In this document: in pieces, positions 37,601 to 50,194 of the stretch
Numbering within the stretch: position 1 is the first letter of the stretch
Layout of the letters: the number at the start of each line of letters is the position of its first letter
Assembly (NCBI RefSeq): GCF_001194135.2
Contig: NC_069005.1
Span: forward strand, 21,429,349-21,493,348
DNA: 64,000 bases
Origin: Octopus bimaculoides
Taxonomy: Eukaryota
Reading direction: 5' to 3'
Translations under genes and position numbers: made by a program
Notes under the pieces: model-generated
Seen by the model: only the letters and a program-made list of their open reading frames with translations
What the model was told of the DNA's origin: nothing
Database searches by the model: none

Positions 37601-38529
37601 AAAAAAATGTCTAAAAATTTATAAAGCTACGTTTGTCATCTTCTACTTTCAGTTAACGAGAAATCTCAAATCGTTGAGTTTTTTTACTGCAGATAACAAC
37701 ATAATTTCCCGGAAATCATATCCTGTTACCTTTAAAAGAAAAAAAAAGAGAGAGAGAGAGAAAAAAATGAAAAGAAAAATCCTAACATTTTGAACAATAT
37801 TTTGGATAATGTAGTCCTTGATATACTAAAAGACAGGATAATCTTGCATCTGGAATATCTCTGATTATAGATCATTCTAATTAGAGAGCTGTCTTGGAGC
37901 AAAAGAACTTTCGATAACAACTACAATCCTTTCGGACTTCCCTTTTAATCCATCAACTTTCCAAAGAATTATTACGATTCAATATTAACTGTCTAGATAG
38001 AAATGTACCTTGGGTGCTGTTTTTGCTTGGCAATAAGTATTAAGTTTTCAGAAATCAAAAACATCATCCCATATGTTATTGTTACGTGATTTCACTCGAT
38101 ATATATATTACATCGCCAAGTTTTATACGCACGCACGCGCGCGTGTGAACGATAGTCTGCACTTGATAAGGGAAACATATGCCTCCTACCTTTTCGACGA
38201 ATATTCATCCGTTTTACACCCATCTGCTTTCAATATTTCCATTTGATGATGTTTGTTTCTTTTTGGTATTTTGCAATATATAAAAAATATAAGTACACAC
38301 ACATACACACACTGATTTCCGACGTTTCCGGGATTTTGACAGCCCAGCACTCTGGGCTTAGGGTGATAATATCCCTAATTGTTGCCTATGATATCCTAGC
38401 TTATAGTAACACTCCAACTGGAAATCCCTGATATAGTGAGTGTGTTGATATACGGATATATTTTTACATGTGGGTTTATAATTTCAATGTGGGTGTTGTA
38501 TTATCACCTCTCTTTTTCATAATCCTTAT

Positions 38530-39630
38530 GAACTAGATTGATATGTGCAGCCATTGTGGAAGTGGTACTGCAACTGGTGGGTGTACAATTGGTCAGCAGA
38601 TATTAGCAGGTGACGTGGTGTTACTTGGCTCATCAGAAAGCCCTCTCCATCATGTACTGAATAGGTTTGTTGCTGAGTACTGCAAGGCAAGGATGAGGGT
38701 GTTGTGAAGACTGAGATGTTAGTCCTCATGAGGAAATCTTCCCAGTGCACTCTGCATGTTAGTGGAACTAAGACAAGTGAGGGGTTTAAGTATCTCTGAT
38801 GCCATATCCGTGAGTGATGAGAAGCAAGAGGCTGAATTAGATTGTACTCGAGAAGACCTGTCCTCCGCAGCAGAAGTGTTAAGACTGCTCTTCCTGGTGA
38901 AGAGGATTGGCCTGTGCTGGTATCACGTAAAAAGGCACCGGTGCTAGCTCCATGTAAAAGCACCCATAACACACTGTAAAGTGGTTGACATCCAGCCATA
39001 GAAACCTTTGCCAAATCAGGCTGGAACTTGGTGCAGTTCCCTGCCTTGCCAGCTCAGGTCAAGCCATCCAACCCATGCCAGCATGGAAAACGGACATTAA
39101 AGGATGATGATGACTTGCAGGTGTTTGCACATGACTGTGTTAGCTCCAGCATTTGATCCTGAGAGGAAGAGACATCAATAAAAAAAGCTAAACTCACTAT
39201 CTTCAATTTGGTTTTCATGCCTATCCTCACCTATGGTCATGATTAGTTGCAAAAGAACATAATCGTGAATGCAAGCAGCCAAAATGGGATTCCTCGAGCT
39301 ATGTCAACGGGATGCATAGCTCAGAGATCAAGTAGTCTCTTCAGGTTGAGCTGTTACTGTTCTGCATTGAGATGTCACTGCTCCAGTACTACAGCCATGT
39401 GATTAGAATGTCATAGGAAAAAATTGCAAGACAAATTCTTCAAGCTGAGTCAATGGCAGGAAATCTAGGGGTACACCAAAAACAAGACAGCTGGATAATA
39501 TCCATAGTCTCCATTGGTCACACTTGGGGCATCCAGCTCAAAAGTATAATGATGATTGCTTCTCATAGAATCCCTTGAAGGTTGTGCATGAGGACTCTAC
39601 CCTTACAACCCTCCCAGGAATTCCGGGCAG
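38530..39630 (+). mobile_element. RTE (Expander/Rex3-like) LINE fragment interrupted by an (ATG)n-tail repeat at about 38905-39115
   Basis: FKYL..SDEKQEAELD, KKAKLTIFNLVFMPILTYGHD, MQAAKMGFL. Confidence 0.7.
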
Positions 39631-40852
39631 AGAAGATGGATGAATGTCTTTCGATATAGGCACAAGACCAGCAGTTTTGAGAGGAGGGGATCAGTTGATA
39701 TTGTTGACTCCAGAACTTGATTGGTAATTTATTTTATTGACTCCTGAAAGTATGAAAGCTAAAACTGACCTTAACAGGACTTGAACTTACAATGAAATCA
39801 GAGGAAAACTTACAATGGGATCAGAGTTTCAAATTTTGGCACAAGGCTAGCAATTTCAGGGCAATGGGTAAGTCAAATAAATTGACCGTCAGTGCTCAAC
39901 TTGTACTTACTTTATTGACCCCCCCCCCCTCCGAAAGGCTAAGTCAGCTTTGGTGGCATTTGAACCCAGAATGTAAAGATGAACGAAATCCTGCTAAGCA
40001 TTTTACTTGGCATGTTAATCACTCTGCCAGCTCACCAACTTTTTTAAACATCAGCATGCTACTTAGAAGGTAACTGAACTCATATACTGACATTTAGAAG
40101 TCAAGATGACTGCAAATTGCACCAAAGTAACATGCTGATTGCACTTGGTAATAATGATGACTTTCAGACATGCTGGCTGGAAGTGCCTATCATAGAAATT
40201 GGACTCTCAGGGTGGTGCTGCTTGGTCATAGAAGAGAACCTTCCATCTCACATAGATGTCAACATGGCTGTGTGGTTAAGAAGTTCACATTGAGCCCCAC
40301 TTTGTGGCTCCTTGGGCAAGTGTTTTTGATTTTACAGCTCTGGGGCAGTCAATACCTTGTGAACGAGTTCAAGTGGATGGAAACTATATGAATCCTATTA
40401 TATGTATGTATGTTTGTGCTGTAAAGAGATGTGGGGTGGTGCTATATGTTCCATCACTGAAACCGTTGAGAAAGCTATTGGGTAGTTTTAGATTAAGAGA
40501 GTAGGACTAAGTGCAAGGAATGGATGTGATCAACTCCAGCTGGAACAACTGGGAGAAGAAGTGAGACATTAAAAGACATGAAACCCCTTATGACCCCAGG
40601 AACATCATTGATGATACATCCCAAAGCATCTGAAATAATTATCTTAAATCTAACATTAAAATCTACAAATGATATGGCTTTGCATATAAGGTATAAAAGT
40701 GTTGAAATTCTACTGCATATGTTTTTGTGTATTTCTAAACAAAGCATTTAATTTTTCTAGCTTCAGATTTTAGCCAAGGCAAAAATTCCAGGTCTTCTTT
40801 GAAATATTAATCTGCTATACACTAGTGTCATACTAAAATTTGAAGTTTTTAA

Positions 40853-41134
40853 CCCTTTTGATGTCAACCTGCCCAAACCAACCCTTTATTCTATGAAATG
40901 AACTTTATGTTTAACTGTTAAGCAGTTAAACTGGTCATATCTGGCCAAAATATTTTGCCTGTTTTATGTTCAAACTGGCCAGATCTGGTTTCTCACATCT
41001 ACCCTACAATATCATAGTAAACTTAAACTATGACATCACTGAAATCTTGAAACTACAAGATAATGCATGATTCATTCCAGACAATGTCAATAAATAAGCA
41101 TTACATTTGACAGAGTAATCCGAATGCTAAAAGG
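40853..41134. mobile_element. piggyBac-type MITE
   Basis: TTAA-ccctttt...aaaagg-TTAA; related fragments near 4088-4290 and 55600-55700. Confidence 0.7.
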
Positions 41135-42174
41135 TTAAAGTGACCTAAATTATAACCTCCATCGAAATTTTATATTAATTTAAGTCCCATACACCAGCAT
41201 AATAATGGTAAAGTTATTATCTTTGCATGAGTGCTCCATCATCATCTTTAAAGCACCAGAGAATGGAATAAGTGGAGCAAGAACACACACGAAAACGAAA
41301 AGTGTGGCTGAATAGGTCACAGATGAATGACGAAAAGTTTCTGGACAATGGACATGAGTTAAAATAATAAAATAAGAACAGTAATAAACAAGTGAAGAAA
41401 AAATATATATAGTGCGTGTGTTTCATCATCATCATCATCATCACCGTCTGCTTTCCATGCTAGCATGGGTTGGACGATTTGACTGAGGACTGGTGAACCA
41501 GATGGTTACACCAGGCTCCAATCTGATTTGGCAGAGTTTCTACAGCTGGATGTCCTTCCTAACGCCAACCACTCCAAGAGTGTAGTGGGTGCTTTTATGT
41601 GCCACCGGTACGAAGGCCAGTCAGGCGGTACTGGCAACGGCCACACTCAAAATGGTGTATTTTATGTGCCACCTGCACAGGAGCCAGTCCAGCAGCACTG
41701 GCAACGATCTCGCTCGAATGACTTTTCATGTGCCAGGAACGCGAAGCTGCGGCACAAGTGCCAGGAAGGTGACACTGGTAAAAATGAAAAACACAAAAAT
41801 CACTATCCCGAAATATAACAATGATAAAGTTCTTTTATTAAATTCTTTATTATTTTCAAAATTAATTGAAACAAAGGCAGTAAATTCCAACAGAATTATG
41901 GTATCAAAAGGTTGGTCAATGCTTGCACCCGGTACCAATCCTCTAATGATCCATGTTCTAAATTAAATTGTCATTAATTCTAAGGATTTTAAAATCTTTA
42001 GCATTTGCTTTTTAACATTCACATTTGTTTTCTATTTTTCAATTGCAGATAAGAGTCAGAACTAAGCGGTTCCTTGACTGGAATAGTGCCATAACACACA
42101 CCCCAAAGCTTCTGGTCACAATTTTTACACTGGACATTGACTCCTGTTGGACTCTAAGGTAGATTCTGGTGAAA

Positions 42175-42363
42175 ATGTTGCCTAAGTTGTCTGTAGAGAA
42201 GAAGCTGGTCAACAGACTGTCTTCCTTGATTCCAGCATTTACGGACATCTTTGATGAAGAATCTTTTTATATTTGCTTCATCTTCTTTGTGGTCATCACT
42301 ATTGCTAGTGTCTGTGTCCTGTCTCGCTACGTTACCATAAAAGATGCTGGCCATGTTGAATAG
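42175..42363 (+). CDS. 62-aa single-pass membrane microprotein (MLPKLSVEKKLVNRLSSLIPAFTDIFDEESFYICFIFFVVITIASVCVLSRYVTIKDAGHVE*)
   Basis: Uninterrupted ORF in unique sequence; first ATG after the acceptor tttctatttttcaattgcag (exon start 42049); AAAATG context; 19-aa hydrophobic helix FYICFIFFVVITIASVCVL. The PAFTDIFDEExFY...LSRYxTIK motif resembles small uncharacterised invertebrate proteins I recall but did not verify. Confidence 0.7.
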   Translation: MLPKLSVEKKLVNRLSSLIPAFTDIFDEESFYICFIFFVVITIASVCVLSRYVTIKDAGHVE

Positions 42364-42989
42364 GAGGCTGTTTTCCTACTGACAGAAAAATGGGTTAGAG
42401 GTGACAGATCAAAGGTTTTGTGATTTAAAATACCCCCCCTCCCCCTCCATTTCTTAACATAAACATGGACTTTGTTATGGCCCTAGTAAATATGTTACTG
42501 TTACCTCTTTCCTTCATCCTTTTCTTCTCGCTCCAACTCCACTCTCACTCTTCCTCATTACCCCCCTCCCCCCGCACATTACATTCAAACAAATCTTTTC
42601 TNNNNNNNNNNNNNNNNNNNNNNNNNNNNNNNNNNNNNNNNNNNTCTCTTTTCAGTTTTTTTTTTTGTTGTTGTTGTTGTTTTCCTTTAAAATTCCTCAC
42701 TGCCGATGGTCTATATATTATCTTTGCATCTAATGCTAATGTCACACCACACAAAAAAGATATGTGACCCCCTAACTTCAATCATTCAGCTCAGTCTTAC
42801 TCCTACTTAAATGTTCCAATCCATTTCTCTCTAAACCAGTGTCGATTTAAGTTGCACCACACCATGAAGTTTTGATTCTTCTAATTCTTTACTAGCGTCG
42901 CCTGTATTTAACTGAGTGCTCCTTCATCATCTTTCAAGCACGAATGCCAAAGAACTTGCATCCATCTTAGTGAATCATAACAAAAAAAG

Positions 42990-43680
42990 GCCGAGATGGT
43001 GAGCTGGCAAAATTGTTAGCATGCCAGCTAAAATGCTTAGTAGTTTTTTTGTCTGTCTTTACATTCTGAGCTCAAATTCTGCCAAGGTCATCTTTGCCTT
43101 TCATCCTTTCAGGATCAACAAAATAAGTACCAATTGATCACTGGGGTTGATGTAATCTGCTAAGCTCATCCCCGAAATTGCTGGCCTTGTGCCAAAATTT
43201 GAAGCCAATTTTTGTATAATAATTAAGGCAGCAAGCTGGCAGAATCGTTAGCATGCCGGGCAAAATGCTTAACAGTATTTTGTCCATCTTTATGTTCTGA
43301 GCTCAAATTCCGCCGAGGTTGACTTTGCCTTTCATCTTTTCAGGTCAATAAAATAAGTACCAGTTGATCACTGGGGGTTGATATAATCAACTTAACCCCT
43401 CCCCGAAGTTACTGGCCTTGCGCCAAAATTTGAAACCAATATTTATATAATAATTAAAGTAACGAGCTGGCAGAATCATTAGCACAGTGGACAAAATGCT
43501 TAATGGTATTTCGTCTGCCGCTATGTTCTGAGCTCAAATTCTACCGAGGTTCACTTTGCCTTTCATCCTTTCGGGGTCGATAAAATAAAGTACCAGTTGA
43601 TCACTGGGGGTTGATGTAATCGACTTTGCCCCTCCCTGAAATTGCTGGCTCTGGGCCAAAATTTGAAACCAATAGTTAAA
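42990..43680 (+). mobile_element. Trimer of the third SINE family
   Basis: Three units of about 230 bp, each ending ccaaaatttgaa(a/g)ccaat. Dimers also at 16270-16740, 39655-40030 and 62960-63430. Confidence 0.85.
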
Positions 43681-45650
43681 GAAAGTAATGAGCTGAAGGT
43701 GAAATGGTAAAACGACTAACAATTCCATTTGGATGAGCCATTCTAGCCATCTTATCTCACACAAAGCTGTTAAATTTATTTCAAATTCAAATATATTTCA
43801 TGAGGTGTCAAACATGAGGTGCCACTCTTACCCTGGTACTAACTTAGTTTCAGTGATCAGGTTGCAGTTGTGCAATGAGTAATTTGACATAACATGGAAT
43901 AAATTTGATACCAAACCACCTCTGGCTCTGTAGTACAAATGTCTTATTTTCAAAACTTCTGAATTAAAATCTTCCCCCAAACCTTAGTCACAATTTATGT
44001 TCTTAACACTAGCTTAACGATCACTAAGTTATTTTACTAAACTAATAGTAAAATACTATGTTTAAAATTAATTGAAAGAAACACAAAGCATCTCAACAGA
44101 AATATGGTAACAAAAGAGTTAAGTTTAGAGTTAGTTTATCAGCTTTGTGTGTGATTAGACAACTAGTAAAGCTCTTCCAAATGTAATTACTTCTTTTTCA
44201 ACACACAGTCTCAGATTGTGAGACAAATACAACTCCAAAGAATGATTACTTTTTACTCTTTATTCAAACTTATCTTCAACTCCTACAATTTTATCAGCAA
44301 CATTGTCTATTGTGATATAATTTATATAAAATGTACATCACCATATTTATCTATCTATAAAACACTTTTTTTTTTTTTTCAATATTTAAAGAATATTCCA
44401 AAATTTCATCAGGATATTTAAATTAAATAAGTCAGAGCACTATTTATATTTGAAAATTTTTTTTTTCTTCTATTTCAAAGTACATTCTTGGAAATATTGG
44501 TGTATCTTATATACTAACAAATTGGGTATCATGGTTTGGTATTACAATTCAAATACAGCAAACTAAAGCATCCATACATGCACACATACATGAATGTATG
44601 TGNNNNNNNNNNNNNNNNNNNNNNNNNNNNNNNNNNNNNNNNNNNNNNNNNNNNNNNNNNNNNNNNNNNNNNNNNNNNNNNNNNNNNNNNNNNNNNNNNN
44701 NNNNNNNNNNNNNNNNNNNNNNNNNNNNNNNNNNNNNNNNNNNNNNNNNNNNNNNNNNNNNNNNNNNNNNNNNNNNNNNNNNNNNNNNNNNNNNNNNNNN
44801 NNNNNNNNNNNNNNNNNNNNNNNNNNNNNNNNNNNNNNNNNNNNNNNNNNNNNNNNNNNNNNNNNNNNNNNNNNNNNNNNNNNNNNNNNNNNNNNNNNNT
44901 GGAGACAAACACCAATTTATCTATGTGATTGGCTTGAATAATTGTTGAGAATTGCCTTAACATGAAACTAATGGTAGCTTTCATACAAAAAATAAAGTAT
45001 ATATCATCATCATCATCGTTTAACGTCCGCTTTCCATGCTAGCATGGGTTGGACGATTTGACTGAGGACTGGTGAAACCGGATGGCAACACCAGGCTCCA
45101 ATCTAATTTGGCAGAGTTTCTACAGCTGGATGCCCTTCCTAACGCCAACCACTCCGAGAGTGTAGTGGGTGTTTTTACGTGTCACCCGCACATGGTGCAG
45201 GCATGTCCATGTGATTAGAATGTTTGCTTTGGAACTACATGGTTTAAAATTTGTTACCATAGTGTGGCATTGTTGGTCGGTGCCTGGTGCCTTCTGCTGT
45301 GGCTGTAAGTTGACTAATGCTTTGTGAAAGGAGTTGGTAGATGAAAACTATGAAGCCTGTCGTGTGGTGCACGTTTGCTTGTTGATTAAAGACAAAGTCA
45401 CTAGTCGTACTTATGGTATCTTTGTTCATAGACTTCCATGTAAACATGTCCAGCCTTTGAGCAGTTTGTTGTTTGAAGGATTAGGGGGAAATATTATCTT
45501 GCTGGGAAACGGGTGATGATTGGTGACAGGGAGAACATTCAGCCATAGAAAATCTGTCTCAGTAAGTTTAGTCTGACCCATGCAAGCATGGAAAAATAGA
45601 CATTAAAACTATATATATATATATGTTTGTGTGTATCTATTTATCTATAC

Positions 45651-45696
<46 letters not shown>

Positions 45697-45855
45697 GTAT
45701 GTATATTTTATTATATGTATTTATTTTCTCTTGGTTAATAATTAACTCTGACAAAATAAATTGGTTAATAGATACCAGGGTAGCAAAGATCACAAAATGA
45801 CTGTGGTGTAACTCCTGTTTATGAGGTAGAAACTCCCTGTTATTTTGGGCAATTT

Positions 45856-46054
45856 AGTAATATATGTATATGTATATTTAGAAGGTTGTTTGTTGTGGCC
45901 AATCAGAGATTGACCATTGGTTTTGCACACATATAGCACTTAACTCAGCTGTTTGAGTCTGATGAGTCGCCTATACAGCTAAGCGCTTTACAAGTGCAAT
46001 GCCAATGGTCATTCTCTGACTGGCCATAACAAGCAACCTTCTAAATATATTACT
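45856..46054. repeat. Palindromic foldback element with CTGATGAG in the spacer
   Basis: Arms atatttagaaggttgtttgttgtggccaatcagagattgaccattgg and ccaatggtcattctctgactggccataacaagcaaccttctaaatat. Confidence 0.85.
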
Positions 46055-46139
46055 GCTCTGTTTTTGAATGTGCTTCTTTTTGGGATATATGAACTATTGA
46101 CTACATATATATCTTTACAAATATATGTGTGTGTATATC

Positions 46140-46171
<32 letters not shown>

Positions 46172-47636
46172 TGTATGTATATTCACTTCCTACCTATATA
46201 AAATAGTTCAAACTATAACAGTTAAAATTCTATTCATTTATATTTATTGAGAGTTATTTAAAGAAATTATAAGTTATACATTTTGCTTTCTCAGATTAAT
46301 TTACCTGGCTGTGTCTTTTACAAAGCTCCAAATTACATTTATTGTGCATTATTTAAAAATTATGTATTGTTTTTTTTTCCCCCCTTCTCATATTTATCAG
46401 AGTTATACTACATACATACTCCTATTTTCTCCCAAATGTTTCCTCTTTTATTTCTATTTATTTTTGGGGTGGGGGATCGGTTTTAGTTTGACTTTGAAGG
46501 AAGAAGCTAAACTTCTGTTTCAGTAAAATTGTTATAGAAAGAACAAAGGTAAAAAAAAACAACTTTATATACCTTTATATTTTAGCCTCTTTGGTTATTT
46601 AAATCTGGTTTGTTCTGCTGAAATATCAGCTATTATCATTTTCGTTCTACAGTTGTTTAAACCCAGTGGGCCCAGAATGATAAAAGGCATTGCAGCCTTA
46701 ACTGTCCTGACTTTACTCCCAAACCCTAACCCAATAGGTTGTTTATTTATTTTTTTTTTTTTAAGCATTTCAGTATGGGTTGGAGGAAGTTTGGTTACTC
46801 CTTCTTGTAAGCTGAGCAACCATGTAGAAGCTCCTTTGTTTGCTCCTATTGTTGTTGTCTAGCCACAGGTGGTCAAGCAGTTCTGTTTCATGCAAGTAGT
46901 CAACAAAATGATGCAAGAAGGCCTTTACATAGTTGCTCACAGAATCTACAGGAAATCAAATTCAAATCTTTCCTTAACCATTTTTTGTTACCATTTTTCT
47001 GTTCACATAGATTGCCTTTGTTTAAATTTATTTTTAAAATAATGAAAAATTTAGTAGAATAACTTTGTCGTTATTGAGCTGGTGTTTGGAACATATCTGT
47101 CAGATTTTTTACTGTGTGCTGTTTATATGCCATGATATGGTACAGAAAAAAAAACTCGTTACTTATGAGCATTAATTTATACTCGTTGCTATTACTACGA
47201 AGCTAAACAGCACATGCCATTATTTATGGTGTTAAATAGCTAAGCTAAGAGACATCACAGCTCACACTGGTGACAGCATATTGAGGGATTCCAAAATATC
47301 AGAATGAAATGTCGTTTGTGGTGTTATCGGTGTCTACGATAGTATAATAATTTATCCCTTCTCTTGATGAGAAAGTTGCTATATCCTCCTTGTTAAAAAC
47401 AGAAATTATATTATTGTTAAACCAGATTTTCTATTGTTGTTTTCCTACCAACAAAGCATGTAAATATTTGAACCGTTGACATACATCATGGATGCATACA
47501 TACATATATATATACATATATGTAATGTGTGTGTGTGTGTGTATACACAAACACACACATAAATATATATAATTTTTAAGAACATTTGTTAAAACTTGTC
47601 CGTCCCGTGTTGTCTTCTTTTTGTATTCATTGCCTA

Positions 47637-47668
<32 letters not shown>

Positions 47669-47674
<6 letters not shown>

Positions 47675-47973
47675 AAAAAAAGTCGTCAGAATTTTGGAAT
47701 AACTTCTTTCATTTATTTTATACATAGCGCTTTCGTTCGTCTTTCGAACTTGTCAAATATAATTCTAAGAAATTACAGAGATCTTGCTTATTTATATAAA
47801 ACAGGTGTTTTGGGGGGTTTTGTTTATAACAGAACATTGTTTGTTTTTTGGGGGGCGGGGGGGGGTGAGACTAATTATATTTGACAAGTTCGAAAGACGA
47901 ACGAAAGCGCTGTTATATGTATAAAATAAATGAAGAAGTTATTCCAAAATTCTGACGACTTTTTTTTCAATAT
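47669..47973. repeat. Palindromic foldback element (about 100-bp arms)
   Basis: 47669-47764 is the reverse complement of 47873-47973 with few mismatches. Confidence 0.9.
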
Positions 47974-50194
47974 TTAATTCTGTACATCACACCTAACACT
48001 TTATATATATATATGTATATGTATATATTAAAAAAAAAAAAGAGGTGGAGAAAGAAAAAAATTCTAGTCATTAAAAAAAAAACATGCAGCAACAAAGCAA
48101 GCCAATCCTTATGGGATTGTCCGCCGCAGAACCTCGAGTATTATTGTCTTGGTTTGCTTCGTTTCTTTACTAGTTTTTTGGTTAAGTATTCTGACACTTA
48201 TATAGCTTGCAGGGGCAATAACTCTGGTATTTCTAATTTGAGAAGGTTTCTTGTTATTTCTCCGTTTCTTTCACACGACTGTGCATCTCTATGGGTATTT
48301 ATTTATATATTTATTTTCAATAATTAATTCATTTGTTGTGCAATGTAATTTATTCTTCAATATTTATTGTGTATATTATATATGCAGGCTCGGAAAAAAG
48401 TGCAATATAAATTTTGTATCATATTTATTTTACCCCGTTTATTCTGAACACTCTTCTTAACTGAAACTTCCATTTGCTAACTCCCTCAAAGATGCTGCAC
48501 TTACTAAATCTCCACCGTCAAATTTATTTCAATCAAAAATCTAGGAGAAATATTTCAAATGAGACATAATGCTTCAAGAATAAATAGAGAGTGGTTTTAA
48601 CTTTATTTTCCCATCATTATTGTTTAACATTTTTTGTAATCATATTTCTGTGGAAATACACTGTTTGTTTTAATTACTTTTTAAAAGAATTAATAAATTA
48701 GTGAAATAATCTAGTCATTATTAAAGCTGGTTTTTTGAGACATAAATTAACATGATGGGAGGTTTCATTCAAAACATGAAGTTCATATCATAGAACCTGA
48801 TGTAGTCTCAAACAGGTTTATTTCAAAAGGGTCAACTCCCTCATCAACCAGATTTATGATTAAAGACTCTTGCTCTGGGTGTGTGATTGAGAAGTCTACT
48901 TTGCAACCAGTCACTTGATCTTGGGTTCAGTGTCACAGCATATCTTGAGCAAGTATTTTCTATTATAGCCTATTATGCTTTGTGATTGAAGCCGACAAAA
49001 ACTGTGTGGAAGCCTACCACTTATGTTTGTGTATATATATGTATGTGTGTGTTTGCATGTACTTGTATGTATCTGTCACCATGTCTACCATTATGTTAAC
49101 ATACCACTTGATTGGCTTGTAGACTTGTAACTTAATGGTGCTGCAAATAGACATCACTGAGATTGAGTACTAGTCTTCAAAGCACTTACTGGGATAAATA
49201 TGACTGACTCAAATAAATACACAAAGGACTACATTATCTAGTATGCCATTTCCTTAGTTACGACAATTAGGACATAAATACACCAGTTGCTAATCAGTGA
49301 TGGGGGACAAATACATGCACACACACACTCACAACGGGCTTCTTTTGGTTTCTGTCTACCAAATTCACTTACAAAGCTTTAAGTGACCTGTAGAATATAC
49401 TTGCTCAAGGTATCATGTAGTGGGATTGAACCCAGAGCCATGTGGCTGGGAAGCAAACTTCTTACAACTCAGTCACACGTGCACGTTATATCCAGTTTTA
49501 GTATTAATTAATATTTTACTACTAATGATGGTTTATTTGACATGCAAGGCTACACATTTTATTATTACATATGGGAACGAAACTGTTGGATTTTTTATTG
49601 ACTTATAATTGGTTTTAATGGAAACAGGATTTCAATTGTTGCTAATGCAAATATGATTACAAAACCGCCTTAAATTTCATTCAGTATTTTATATATATAT
49701 ATATATTATTCCCCTATTAAAGATACTTAGATCATGTACCTACCTAAGAAAACAATATCATTATTTAATAATAAACCAATTTTTAAGTATTTCCGAAAGT
49801 GGCGGCTGAAGTTGGAGCATCTTTGTGGAGTTAGTATGTGACAAGTTATTGTATAATAAAAAAAAATTAAAAAACATTTCTCAGTATTGTTGTTGTAACA
49901 ATGTTTTTTTTTTCTTTTCATCTGAAATATTATATGTAACAACATGTTGAATTAATTTAATAAGCTCTAATCAACAACACGTGTAATTACTTGTTTATTA
50001 TTTCTTTTCTAACTTTGACAACAGTTTGTGGTGTTAACATAACCTGGACATTCAATTTTTTTTTTCTTTTGGTTTTCTCAGAACAAGGTTAATAAAAAGG
50101 AAATATTTAATAAATTACATTGTGTTGGGTTTTTTAATTTTTCTTAACTTAAAATTAACATATGCTATGGATTGATTTATTTTTTATTTTTGTT

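Noticed and set aside
38310-38335. Minus-strand GAAACGTC
   Set aside because: No upstream CUGANGA core.
46595-46862. Overlapping ORFs on both strands
   Set aside because: They cross a poly-T/A run and have no recognisable motif; probably UTR or intron.
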